Notes under the pieces: generated by a model | Database searches by the model: none | The model's input: the letters and a program-made list of their open reading frames with translations, nothing else | Told to the model about the DNA's origin: nothing | NCBI RefSeq assembly: GCF_009914755.1 | Contig: NC_060927.1 | Length of the DNA: 64,000 nucleotides | Source of the DNA: the human T2T-CHM13v2.0 reference genome, Homo sapiens | Strand: one strand, 5' to 3' | Made by a program: the position numbers and the translations under genes | Shown: positions 30,107-45,061 of the stretch, piece by piece | Numbering within the stretch: the stretch's first letter is position 1 | How the letters are laid out: every line of letters starts with the position of its first letter

Positions 30107-30598
30107 CTATCACATAATACTTATTTTTAATGAGAAAGCATCAGTTAAAATGTTTATTATTAAATCTCTTTTCCTATAAACCTATTTTCCCTATCCACAT
30201 TCTTCTTTGGAGCTTAAGTACTTTAAAATTCAATCAAACTTAAATAATAATTGATATCTTCTAGGTGGTTGATTATGCTTCCAACTAAAAGTAATATTTA
30301 AGTATAGTATTTAGAGTCATTTGATATAATAACAGCTCGCTTAACCATGAGCCAATTTACTGACTCTTCTTTAACTTTTCAGAATACTAAATACCAGAGA
30401 GAAATAGAAAGAAATGCATTTTTAAAGGCTAAATCATGGTCAAAGATCAGCTAAATGTACGGTACATGGACAAATCCCAACAAAATCATCTGGCAGGGGT
30501 TGTGCTTTGGGTGTTCATTAAAAGCACCTCTTCCTGGGCCTTACCCAACACCCACCAAGTCAGAATACCTTGTTGTCAAGGTATAGGAATCTGCATTT

Positions 30599-30955
30599 AA
30601 AAAATTTTTTTATTTCAATTGGTTTTTGTGGAACAGGTGGTGTTTGGTTACATGGATAAGTTCTTTAGTGGTGATTTGTGAGATTTTGTTGCACTCACAA
30701 CCCAGGCCGTGTACACTGTACCCAACATGTAGTCTTTCATCCCTCACCCCATCCTACCCTTTCCCCTGAGTCCCCAAAGTCCATTGTATCATTCTTATGC
30801 CTTTGCATCCTCATATCTTAGCTCCCACTTATGAGTGAGAACACATGATGTTTGGTTTTTCATTCCTGAGTTACTTCAGTTAGAATAATGGTCTCCAATT
30901 CCATCCAGGTTGCTGTGAATGCCATTATTTTGTTCCTTTTTAAGGCTGAGTAGTA
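30599..30955 (-). mobile_element. 5'-truncated L1PB-type insertion inside a MER5-type MITE
   Basis: 'ggaacaggtggtgtttggttacatggataagttctttagtggtgatt...tccccaaagtccattgtatcattc'; 14-bp TSD aggaatctgcattt at 30585-30598 and 30956-30969. Confidence 0.9.
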
Positions 30956-31433
30956 AGGAATCTGCATTTTACTAAGGCTTGTGGAATTCAGAAATCACTG
31001 CTGACTTTCCTCTTCATGCTGAGTCTATTTATTCTTGCTTTACCCAGAATCTACTGGGCCTCGATAAGGTGTGCATATCCCTAACCAGATGGCCCTCATT
31101 CAAACAGAATTATGGTGAAGGGGACTTGCCACTAGGGCATATTTTCCCTCTTTGGACGTGAGATCTTGACTATCATCAGAGAGGGGCCATGTGTTCTAGG
31201 AATCTAAGTGTAATAAATATGATACCCAAAGGACGATCTTTACCTTGATAATTTATGAAGATGATCCTGATTCCTTTACTGCCAGTGGGCAAGGCTGGTC
31301 TTCGCCTTGGGGGATGAAGTGACACTGAGGATAGGGCAGAGGAGACCCTGGATGGCAAGCAAAGGTCTGCTGTAGAAAACAGAAGGTACCCACAGAAATT
31401 CTGTGAAGTAATGCATACAAAAGAAAAGTATCT

Positions 31434-32276
<843 letters not shown>

Positions 32277-32289
32277 GGTATCTTTTTAA

Positions 32290-34440
32290 AGCAATGTTCT
32301 TCAAATGTTGTTCATTGCCCTTAAAATGTTTTTGAAAAATTATTTACTCCTTACATATTTTAAAGTTGAGAACTAAAATATTTCATCATAAGGTTAACAA
32401 GTTGTATAAAAGCTGGATAATTTCTAGCAAACTTTGATGCTGTAAAATGAAAATGGTTTGATTAACTCTTTTAGCTTCAACTAGTGGAAATTAAATATCC
32501 TAGGGATTTGATATGTCAGTCCTTTTCCTGTTTCCATTCTACTTCCTGCACAGACTTTACTATAGTATATTTTAATGCTTGAAAGGTTTCTTATTGGTCA
32601 CTGTCACACTTGCCTGAATCAAGATATTATAAAGTTAATATTTAAATTTTTAATATTTTCTGTGAGTTTGCTATTCTAGATGTTAAAAATTTCTTCTCTG
32701 TTACCATTACAACTATTATTTGTACTAATTTGCTGAAAACAACAAATGTATTATTTGTAGATAATTGTGAAACTAGACTATAATAAAACTTTATTGGAAG
32801 TGCATATCTTTTTTTTTTTTTTTTTAATAGGCATGGGGTCTCACTATGTTGCCCAGGCTGGTCTTGAACACCTGGGTTCAAGTGATCCTCCCCCCCTTGG
32901 CCTCCTACAGTGCTGGGATTATAGGTGTGAGCCACCAACGCCAGGCTGTAATTGCATATCTTAAATGAGATGGATGGGGCTTTTCCCTCCCTTCCCATTA
33001 ACTTCTAAATATGTTTTACTTTCCAAAAGAGACAGGGTTCAGCATCAATTTTATTTCTTTTCTTTGCTTTTAATCATAGCTGTAAGGACTGAAAAATTTT
33101 GTCCACATTAGTAGATGGGAATGGAAAGAGATTTATTATAGCAACATCACTCAATTCTTTCAAATTATTTGCCAAAAATTATGTGGTGATCTATCATCAA
33201 AAATATTTTTAATGCTCTACCAGCTGACAACTCCATCAGATCCTCATTCAATTTTGTTGAAAGCAAAGAATTGAAAACCGGTTGACTTACAAAAGGATTT
33301 GTAACCCAATCATTAGAATGTTTCACTTTCTCAACACTGAAACAGCTAGATTTTGAATCACTCCTTTGTTGGGAGACCTGTTTTTTTTTTTTTTTTTTCT
33401 TTTTCCTGGGGCAATACACCACAACGAGATTGAGGATGAGTTAGAGGTGGGCGTTTCTTTTGTAAAAGGGGAAAAGGTAGTTGTGAAAGGGGAAGTGGCA
33501 GAGGACCCGCTGAAGCCTACCACACAACCGAAGGATCATCATCTTTAACGTTGTGTCTCTGCATGTCCTGAAGGAGGTGCTCAGGCCCCTTGAGGCCTTG
33601 GAAGGAGAACTCGCATGTCGCAGTCATGCTCTCAGACATAGCAGTTTTAGGAGTACCTAAAGAGGAGCTGATAATCTGGAAATTATTCCTTTAAACCATT
33701 CATGCCAAAGTCACTCTTAAAAATCTTGGCAGCAACTATCAAAGAAATAACAGATTCAGGTGAGAATCATCAACAAGGGCTAGAACTCTAATGAGGAATA
33801 AGATAATTACAGAGCCTCAAATTATCTCCCCACAAAATATTAGTGAATTACCCATTAAGTACTAAGTAAAAAATACTTAGAAATAAACTTTACATTGAAG
33901 AACACACACATACATATAGAAGAAGTATATATATATATATATCAGGAAATCCCCCAATCTGAGACAGAGATAAAACAGAAACAAAAAGACAGTCCATGGT
34001 GTCTGATATCCATCTCCAGTATTTTTCATTGAGTAAAACATTGATGACTCTTGTTCAGTGTAGCCAAGGGAATAATCTCTGTCCTGGTCAGGACTGGATT
34101 CTTCTTGCATATCTTCAACCATAATATGATCTGGTTTCTCTTGTATTCTGTGATGTGCATTTCCTGATTCATGGCCTTTACTGTAAAATATTTGTCTTTA
34201 TCAATTGATTTCTGCTGCAGACTTTGCTTTGCTCCCATTGACTTGGAAAATGATGGATATAGTTGTACCATGCTGTAGTTCTGTTTTCAACTAGAGTCCT
34301 CTGTTTCTGTCCAGATTCCTTACCTAAATGTTTTCCCTATGGCAATGATTTGGAATTGTTACTGTTTAAATAAAAGAAGGCAAATTGGTTTTATATCACC
34401 AACTGATCAGTAACAGACCTCTTGGGGTCCTCTGCTAGGT
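32290..34440 (-). mobile_element. hAT-Charlie DNA transposon fossil with transposase dimerisation-domain remnant
   Basis: Minus-strand 33350->33030 reads across frameshifts DWVTNPF..LMELSA..LKIF/DDRSPHNFW/KELSDVAIINLFPFPST/CGQNFSVL..IKSK/RNKIDAEPCL, the hAT C-terminal motif; outer boundaries uncertain. Confidence 0.7.
32810..32947 (-). mobile_element. Alu monomer (FLAM-like)
   Basis: Single arm plus T tail; TSD tgcatatctt. Confidence 0.88.
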
Positions 34441-34539
34441 AAGATTTTGATGCCCTTTCTGGGCTTAATGGGAAAGAGTGCCATGATTGTTTAGTGATGT
34501 TTGCTACAGCCTCTAGAAGAAAGACAATGATACATGCTT

Positions 34540-35050
34540 GGTGTGTGGAGTAAGCAGCCTCTGCAATGGTTCACAGTGATCTCCTTCCTAGTATTCATCT
34601 CCATGGGGGCGGGCCATAATGACTTGCTTGGAATAAAAAAATGTGGCAAAGGTGATGGAATGTCACTTCTGTGGTTAGGTTACAAAAGATTGTGACTTCC
34701 ATCTTGCTGCAGATGTTCTTTCTGCTGGCTTTGATGAAGAAAGCTGCCATGCTGAAGAGGCTCATGTAACAAGGAACTGAGAGTGGCCTCCAGGCAACAG
34801 CCAGCAAAGAACTGAAGCTCTCCACCCAACAGCCCTTGAGGAATGGTATCCTGCCTTCAGGCGAGACTCTAGCACTTCATTGCACACAGCCATGTCAGAG
34901 ACCAAAGACCCTAAGGTAGAGCTTCCAACAAAGTGCGCTGGATTTCTGTGGATTCCTGATGCACAGAAACTGTGCAAAAATAATTATGCATTGTTTTAAG
35001 CTGATAAGTTTTGGAGGTAATTTGTTAATGCAGCAGTGGGTAACTAATAC
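34540..35050 (+). mobile_element. MaLR solo LTR (MLT1E/F-like)
   Basis: 'caaggaactgagagtggcctcc...cacagaaactgtg...ttttaagctgataagttttggaggtaatttgtt...taactaatac'. Confidence 0.8.
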
Positions 35051-37744
35051 GTCATGTATTTACCAATTTTAGTTTAATCACTTTATGTACTTTATTGTGT
35101 AGCCGAAAAATAGTAGGAGCAGCATCATACACATAGCAAGCAGCAAGAATATAGCTGAATTTAAAAGAAATAATCCACAAATTACCAAGATCAATCACAA
35201 GGATGCAAGACACGGCAATCAGAGGCTATTTAGTGGAGAGGCAAACCGTTTTGGAGAACTCAAACAACTTTGAATTCAACTGTTTTGCCATTCAGTTCAA
35301 TGTAGCTCATAATAGTCTCTACTTCTCTTATCCTAGCACTTAGTTCAGTGGGATTCCTTGTTTAATTATCTCTCTTCTTCACCAGAACACAGGTTTAATA
35401 AGGACAGGGTCTCTGTCTCTTTCAATCACCATTATAGTGCTCATACCTGGCATAGTTCTTGGCACATATTAGCCTTCCACTAAGCATTTGTTGAATGAAT
35501 AGACGTTAGTGTTTCAGTGAATGTCAATAAGTCACAAAATATTGCTATACATTTTAGAAAAATAAGCACAAGAAATAGTTATAATAAATATTTTCTTAGC
35601 GCTTACAGGAAGTAAGTCTTAGTATCTGGCCAGTTCACTCATTTAGGGCATCTAATTCCCTGACAATGCCAGTTAAATGGAACATTACTGTAATAGGTAC
35701 CATTAATTATTCATTGCAAACACAGTGTGCAAGGTCAAATGAAATCTGATGGAAAATCTCACCATTGTGGAAAAATCACTTGCTGATTATTATCACAACT
35801 TTTACTGCTGCAGAATAGAGCTTATCTCCTTCCAGTGTGTTCTATGGGGACCATAGCCACTAAGTTCATCTCAAGGAAAGTAAGGCAATTTTATTTTATC
35901 TGATTGCACATTTCTCTGCTGCTAGGAATTTCTTTAATCTTGTAAATTATATACATAATATATATGCTTTATAAGATTACAGAAATTTAATCTTTATGTT
36001 ATATATTACATATATTTTTTACAAGATTAAGGAAATTTTATGAGTAAGGAAATCTAATATATAATTTACATATTATATATATGTTAGGATTAAAGAAATT
36101 TAATAAATTTCCTTTATATATATAATTTATAAGATTAAGGAAGTTTATAAGATTAAGGACTTATATACATATGAACTATTATAAACAGAGAGAAGGAAAT
36201 AAGTTATGGTAAGACAGAAGCAGAATAAATGAAAAACAGATTATTTGTGAAAGAGAAATAGAACGCCGGTGTCACCAAATTTTAGAGGTCTACCCCTGAA
36301 CTGCCTAGTGTAAGCTAACCAACATAAAACCCAGAACCTACATCAAGGGGATGAGTTTAGCATTTGTTTGATGGCAAAATGGGAAACGGTGGTGACGTCT
36401 TTATTCAGTGAGAATGAGAAACGGTATTTAGGTTTCTCTTGTTGCTCTGTGTCGAGAAGGATTCTGAGGCCCAGTGGAGGATCATTATGATTGATTAAAG
36501 ATGGCACCGAGTAATGGAGCAGATGTACTAATCAGTGCATTTGTGAGTCTTAGATTTCTCTGATATAATACAATTAGTTTCAGGGTAAATTGCGACTCAG
36601 TGAAATCCAATTACGATTTATTTTCCTTATTGCAATAATATGAACAGACCTGTTTCTAGATTCAAGGATTTTATTTTTTTAAACCTCTGCACTTCTAGCC
36701 TAGGCTTGGCTTATATTTACTTTCAACAGGTTATTTCAGCTTAGGGAAGGATTTCAGGCTCTGAAATGTTATCAAGTTTCCCAATAGTGAAAAACAAAGC
36801 TCATAAAAATGAATCATTTTTCAAAGGTGACAGAAACCACTGATGCCTCTGGCTTATGTGTTTGCATTTCACCATAAAGCAATAACTATATGTCCACTGG
36901 TGATTTGCTTTAATCTTAAGATAAATAAAACCTGTTGGAGCGGAAACTGAGAATAGGGTGGTCAAAGGGTAAACGGTATCGCTAGTACTTTGTTCTGACA
37001 TTGCTCATGATTTCTTGGGGCGTTTAGCCATTCACTAACCTAAACTAGTGCACTAAGCCTTTTAAAAAATAAAAATGTATATTTAGAGACACAACTGATC
37101 TGGAAACACTTTACAAAATGAATATTAAACTTGTAACACGCAGATGACATTGCATAGAGATGGTGAGTATTTTTAGATATCCTCAGCCTTTTCAGGCTTT
37201 TTCAATCCATTTTCCTCACTCCTTTGTGAAACTTGAGCTGGCCTGACACCCTGAGAGTGCGGACCATAGGTTCCTTCCATTTGGCAACTCCACGGATGGC
37301 TTGGACTTCAGTTTCCTCCACAGTTCACACTAATTACACTGACTGGGCAGAGCCCCTGCTCCTTCCTTTCGAATGTAAGATGTGTAATAAATACCTTCTC
37401 CAAGGACCTGCCTTCTCTTTATCACTATGTACCAAGTCCTTCCACTCCTTCAACTGTCATTCCATAATTTACATCTTAATTTAATAAAAATGTATTGAGT
37501 GGCTGGTAACGCTAGGTAGGTGCTAAAGATAACAGTGGTAAAGATTGTAGATGAAGGAGGTAAAAATATAGAACATTTAAACAACATGATTAGCAAGAAT
37601 AATCTAGTGGACATGTATATAACACTATTACTAATAACTGAAATAAACTTTTTTGTGCATACACACAATGTGCATAAAATTTGAACACATACTGGAGTAT
37701 AAAGCAAGCGTCAAACAAATTTTAAGCATTTGGTACCACGCTGG

Positions 37745-37992
37745 CAAATGGTATGCTAGTAAACTACCTCTGTGGGAAAGAGAAATAAAAAAGCCTTGAT
37801 TTGCAGCGATTCCCTATTCATGGTATTAATGGTATTACCATTAATGTAATACTTAATTACCATTAAGTATTCATGGTATTAATACTTCCACCACAGCTGA
37901 TTTCAAGCTACCAATGGCTTAACGATGGGTTTGCAAAATTCCTGAATCTTTAACAATCATATATTGTGAGTCAACATGAATTGGTTGTAGTA
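37745..37992 (-). mobile_element. MER63A-like hAT-Blackjack MITE
   Basis: 'aagccttgatttgcagcg...gatttcaagctaccaatgg...gcaaaattcctgaatctttaacaatc'. Confidence 0.75.
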
Positions 37993-38126
37993 CTTTCTGA
38001 CTATAAAAATAAGGCTAGCCATGAATTTAAAAAGTTTAACTGGCCCTCCCCCTCATTTGTTTGGATATTAAAAGCATACTTCTCTAGCTCATATGTCAAA
38101 TAAACTATAATGGGTTTTCAAACTGA

Positions 38127-38491
<365 letters not shown>

Positions 38492-38951
38492 TACTTCAAG
38501 GGAAATTTGCATCCTTAAATGATTACATTTAAAAATAGAAAAAGTAGAAAACAAATTAACTAAGATTCAACTGAAATAAAATAACACAAATAAATAATAG
38601 GCTAAAAAAGCTGAAGAAAATAAAACGAGGGACATAATAATGGAAAGGGCAGACTTCAACGAAAGATAACACAATGCATAATAGAGACCCTCCCCATCAA
38701 CAGATAGTAGTTGGTTTACTAAAGTGATATAATTAAACTTCCTATAAGGTCGATCAAGTAAAAAGAAAACCCAAGCAAAATAATTAGAAAGGGGCATTAT
38801 AGATGCATCAGAAATTAAAAAATACAAGATAAGATTAGTATGAATGATTTTATGCCAATAACTTTAAATAATTCAGATGAAATAGATACATTTTTGGACA
38901 AGTACAAGTTACCCAAAGTGATTCAAGAATCAGAAAATATAGATGGTCCTA

Positions 38952-39461
38952 TGCGTTAGCTATCTATTGCCGTTTAACTACCAACCTGCCAGTCGATGAC
39001 TTAAAATGACAAATATTTATTATTGCTCAGAAATCCACAGGTCAGTTGGATTGTTTCTCTGTCTCAGTGAGGCTGACTAGCAGACTGCAGATTAGGTAGG
39101 TGGCTCTGCGGATCGAAGTTGGGCTCACTCTCAAATATGCTTCAAGGAAAGTTGGCTATAGGACAGCAGTAAAGTGTGGCCTCAGTTGAGACAAACTGCT
39201 TGACCACTAGATGGTCTTTCATCCTCCAACAGGCTAGGTAGGGCTTGTTCTTGCTGGTGGCAGGGTTCTAACATAATGAGCAGAAGCACAAAAGGCCTCT
39301 TGTGAAACAGGGACAGTGGAAGAACTGCATTCTATTGGCTAAGAAATTCACAAGGCTAGTCCAGATTCAAAAAAATGAGGAAATAGATACTTTCTCTTTA
39401 GTGAGAGGGCATGGATATAGAGAAGAATGGAGAACTGCAACCATTCTTGTAATCTACCACA
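38952..39461 (-). mobile_element. MaLR solo LTR (MLT1F/G-like) inserted in L1
   Basis: TG...CA ends; perfect 5-bp TSD tccta at 38947-38951 and 39462-39466. Confidence 0.85.
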
Positions 39462-40549
39462 TCCTAAAATAATCAAAGATGTTGATTCAGCAGTTAGAAA
39501 GTCTTCTCACCAAGAAAACACCAGGCCAGATGCTTCTTACTGGCAAGTTCTACCAAATGTTCAAGGAACAGACAAATCCAATCATATGAAATATCTTCAA
39601 AAATAGAAAAAGGACCATGTCATAATTCATTTTTATGAGGCTATTAAAGCCCAGACACCAAAACTAGACAAGAACAGTGTGAAAGAAGAAAATAATGGCC
39701 CAAATGTATTAAAGATAATAAACACAGAATTCAAAGCACAAATTAAAGAAACTAAATCTGTCAAAGTATAAAGAAAGAGGATGCACAATAGCCAAGAGTT
39801 TATTTTAGGAAAGCAAGGTTGGTTCAACCTTGGACAAATCTATTAATTGGCTATATTAATAAAATATAGGAAATAAACTCCACTAGATTAAAAAAAGGAC
39901 TAAATAAAATTCAGCAAACATTTATGATTAAAAAATATGGTAAATATTAAGAATAGGCTTGAGGCTAGTCGTCTGAGACCAGCCTGAGCAACACTGAGAC
40001 TCTGCCTCTAAAAAAAATATAAACATTTATTTTAAATTAGGAAAAAAAGAACAGAAAGGAAACTTCTTAATACAAACCAAAACAGTATCTACCAAAACCT
40101 ATAACCAAACATCAGTCTTCATGTTGAAATGTTAAAAGCATTTATTTTAAAACCAGAATAAAAAACTGACAGTTATTTTATTAAACATTGTTTTGGAGGT
40201 CCTAGCTTATGCAATAAAATAAGAAAAGTAAATAAACATATAAATATTAGAAAGGAAGAAACCAAACTCTCATTATCTACAGATGATATTATATGTCTAT
40301 GCAGAAAGCAAACTTACAAAAAACCCATAATTAGATATAAGAATTTAGCAAGTTTGTGGAATATTATATCTATATACAGTTAATTTACATTTCTCTACAA
40401 TAGCAATAAACAAAAAATGTAAGCAAAGTCCTGATTATCATAGCAAGGTATCTTCTAACTATCTACATATTTTAGCAACAAACATAATTAAATATATATA
40501 AGATCTGATGGAGAAAATTATAAATTGAAAGCATTAAAAGCATTGAATG

Positions 40550-40850
40550 AGGTGGTGGTGGTGGGGAGTTAAGAAATGTTGATCTAAGGGTGCAAACTTT
40601 CAGTCTTAAGATGAATGAATTCTGTGATCTAATGTCCAGCAGGATGACTATAGTTAATAATACTGTATTGCTTACTTGAAATTTGCTAAGAGTAGATCTT
40701 AAGTGTCTACACACACACACACACGATAACTAAGTGTGATGATGGATATGTTAATTAATTTGATCATCATTCCACAATGTATACATATATCAAATCATCA
40801 CATTGTATATACACCTTGCACGTACAATTCTTATTTGTCAATAAAGCTGT
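40550..40850 (+). mobile_element. L1MA/MB 3' end
   Basis: 'gactatagttaataatactgtattg...cttgaaatttgctaagagtagatcttaagtg...tacatatatcaaatcatcacattgta'. Confidence 0.85.
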
Positions 40851-41134
40851 CGGGAAAATGCATGAGACAACCTAAATAAATACAGAGTTAGTTCCTATTT
40901 ATGCATACACTCAATATTTTAAAGATGGTAATTCTTCCTAAATTAATATGTAGATACAAAGTAATTCCAATGAAAATGTCCAAGCAGGTTTATTTTTATG
41001 TTTTATTTATTTTTAGTGGAATTTGACAGGCTGTTTCAGAAACTTACCTAGAATAGCAAAGGCCAAGAATTAGCAAGACATTACTTAAGAAACAAATTAG
41101 TGAAGGGGACTTGCCACAACACATATCAAGACTA

Positions 41135-41539
<405 letters not shown>

Positions 41540-42451
41540 CTATTTAGTAATTGATGTTAGGACATTTATTCATATGGAAAGAGAAAGAAATTGCATGCCT
41601 ACCTCACAACTTGCATCAAAGTCAATTCCAGATGCACTGGGGACTTAAATGTGAAGGGCAAAACTTTAATAATTTTAGGAAGAAGTAAAAAAAGTGTATC
41701 TCCACGACCCATGGAGGTAGGGAATGATTTCTTAAGCAAGAAACAAAAAGCACAAAATATACAGAAAAAGATTGCTCAATCTGACTCATTAAAATCAGAA
41801 TTGTGCTCATTTTAATGAGCAACAAGGAGGTGAAAAGCCAAGCCGAAAAGCTGGAAGAAGATATTTGCAATACCCAGAACCAAGAAGGGGTTAATATGCA
41901 AAATATAGAACGCAAACCCAGGAGAACTTATGTTGATAAGTTAATCACAGAAGCCCTCTTTGAGGAGTGACATGGAAGCAGAGATCACAAGAATGAGATG
42001 GAAAAGAAGGGAGGAAGAGCACTCCAGTTGGAGAAAAAATTAAATTCAAAGGCTTGAGGTGGAGACCAGAGATCAGAGACTAGCGTGACTGGAAGACAGG
42101 AAGTGAGGGAGAGGAAGGACATGGGCTTGGAGAGGTAGACAAAGGCCACAGCCAGCAAGATGGTACAATGAGAAGCCAATAAAGGGTGTAATGGAGCACA
42201 CCTGGCTGCTATGTAAAGCATGGACGAGGGGCTGAGGTTACAAACAGGGAGACCGTGGAACCTCTAGAATCGAGTACAGGAGCTTTCACAGAATCTCAGA
42301 GCGGCAGATGCAGAGTCTTCATTAAGGGCATGAACTCTGGAGCTAGATTGCCTGGATTCCTATCCTTGCTCCGCTTTTTACAAGCTCTTTGACCTTGGGC
42401 AAATGACTTTGGCTTTCTGTGCCTCACAGAAAGGAGGTAATAATAGTGCCC

Positions 42452-43007
42452 ACTAAGTGTTCTTAATCATTTTTATGCCTCAAATCCCTTGGCAGTCTGC
42501 TGAAGCCTTCTCAGAAAAAAAAATTTTTAATGCATAAAATAAAATACATAGGATTCCAAAAAAACCCAAATATATCTCAATATAGTTATCAGCCAGGCAT
42601 GGTGGTTGTAATCCCAGTGCTTTGGGAGGCCAAGGTGAGAGGAGCACTAGAGGCCAAGAGTTTGAGACCAACCTGGGCAACATAGTGAGAATCCATCTCT
42701 TTCTATTAAAAAAAAACTACCATAATTTTGAAGTTGTGATGTGAAAAAGATGATATTTCAAGGCATCTACAACAACTGTAATGTAATACCAAAAAAAATT
42801 AACTTCTCCAGGTTATAAAGTCTCAGGTACCACTAATTCAATGGTGTGGTTTGTTGCATACATTCTTAACGGAAGGAAATGTTAGATTTCAGTGAGAGGT
42901 TACTGAAAATAAAGATGTGTTTCTACCTCCCATTCAAGTTGAAGGACGCTCTGAATTCTAACCACCAACCCATTGGACATCCATGGATCCCAGGGTAAAA
43001 ACCCCTG
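42452..43007. mobile_element. hAT-Charlie element (Charlie2-like) containing a FLAM-type Alu monomer (42591-42716)
   Basis: 'gttcttaatc...ccttggcagtctgctgaagcc...aatgcataaaataaaatacataggatt' and the end 'ccatggatcccagggtaaaaacccctg'. Confidence 0.7.
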
Positions 43008-44654
43008 TTTCTAGACAAAAGTTCTTCTAATAACAGCTGGCATAAAGCCACTTTAGTTATTGTTGTTGCCATGGTCATTGTCATCATTTTAGGAGGTGGC
43101 ACGGATAATCATGAAGTTTTTCTACTACTTTAGGGCAGATGGCTTTGCCACATACTGGCACTGTGACCTGGGCAAGGCAGGTGCCTCCTTGAGCTTGGTG
43201 CCCTCATGGTGCTTCTCCTGGAGACCCTGACAGGAGAGCTATGGAAGGGAAGAGCCAGGAGAAAAGGAGGAGACCATTTCTGGACACATCCTGCCAGTTA
43301 TCATTCCAGCCTGATGCAGATCATTATTTATAAACTATAACTACTCATTCTCTGGATTTTATTGCTTGTTAAGAGCTGAGTGTAACATCTTTAATTAGAG
43401 TCAGGAGTTGGATGCATAAGAGAGAGAGACAGAAAACATCTGAAATTCTGAATCTAAAATAAAACTCTTTAAATGGATTATTTTTCTAAGAAAAAAATCT
43501 TTAGATACTGATTGGGGAAAAATCTTTGTTGTCTTTTTTTTGGTTGAATTTTGAGCCTGTGAAGTTTGTCCTGAATCCAACGGTTCCATAATTCAGGGTT
43601 TGTCTGCTTCCTTGCAAAAAGCAGCCTTCCTGAGTTCTGCAAGGTATTTGTATTTATACTCTTGACATTTAAAATATTTTCATATCTCCTATCTCTACTT
43701 CTCCCCAAAGGACTTACGGGGTTGATGTGGTCAACTTTTGCTTGAGTTAGCCAGAGAAGGTGCATTTTGCTTGTAATGTACATTTCTTTGCTGCAGGACT
43801 TCTCAGAGCCTCTGTATGGTAATATGAATTGGGAAGTCCAGCCAGGGGACAAAGTAGTCAACACTTCTCAAACTTGTGTGACCTGCTTTTTTATCTATAG
43901 AATTTCTCATAGGGCTAGTGAGAAAATGCTACCTTAGATAAACACTTTAAAGAGAAACATTTTTCTTAGGAAGTGTTTACAGTCACTGTAATTATCAAAC
44001 AACAAAAAAACAGGGAAAGTAGGGGGTATGACAGGCTGAATCTAGAATGGGGACAGAGCTGCCCTAGGGGGATCCCACGGATTAAAAAAAAAAAATCATC
44101 TTACCTGCCTTATTGAACTTGGGATTGTTTATAAAGGTTAAATAACATTCCCAGGTGGCCTGCTGTGGTTTCAGAGCCACTTGTTAGGCCCTGGGTCCTC
44201 TGGAACCACTCAGGACTGTGGCCCCACCTCTATAGCTATACTGAATGGCCTATACATATCAGCTCTCTCTTCTTCCTCCCACATTTCTTCAAGGCCCACC
44301 CTGCCCCCTCCCACAGAGGTGCTATTTGCTGAGACTGTTTTTCTAAAGCAGATGGTCTAGAAAAAGCCGGCCACTTGGAGCACAGAAGGCAAGGTTAACG
44401 CAAGTGATGTGGGCTGTAGCATCTGGGCTGTCCCAAACCCAAGGCTCTATCTCCACCCAACATGAAATGAAGCGGTGGCAGAACCTTTCCCAGATGGGGC
44501 CTGGGCCAGGAGGATGACACAGTGGATTAAAAGGAGTTTTTGGTGTCCCTTAAGCATAGTTGTAAACTTGCATCTTACTTGCTAGAAGCAAGAAGTCAGT
44601 ATTTTGAGGGGCATGTATTCATCCATCAAACCAACTTTAACTTACCATCTAGAC

Positions 44655-44880
44655 CAGCGGTTCTCAACTGAGGATGATGTTGCCAGCTTCCCACAGGGGA
44701 CATTGGGCAATGTCTGCAGACATTTTATTCATACGTTGTCACAATACAGGGAGGTTCTACTGGCATGTGACAGGTAGAGCCCAGGGATGCTGCCAAACAC
44801 CTGCAATGCCCAGCACAGCCTCCACAGCAAAGCGTCATCTAGCCCCAAAAGTCAGGAGAGCCTATATAAAGCACTTAAAA
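44655..44880. mobile_element. MER20
   Basis: 'cagcggttctcaactgagg...ggggacattgggcaatgtctgcagacatttt...agggatgctgccaaaca'. Confidence 0.88.
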
Positions 44881-45061
44881 TGATGCAACTTTACTATTAT
44901 TGCTCCGTAAAAGGTGCTTGAATTTGCCCCTGAAAGACAGGAAGTTGACAGATGCACATAGACCTGGACATGCCAGGCAGTGCAGTTATGTATGGCCAAT
45001 GGTTGGGAGAGTTTGTCAAAGAGACAGAGTATAAAGATGTGGCCTTTCGTCTTGTACGGAG

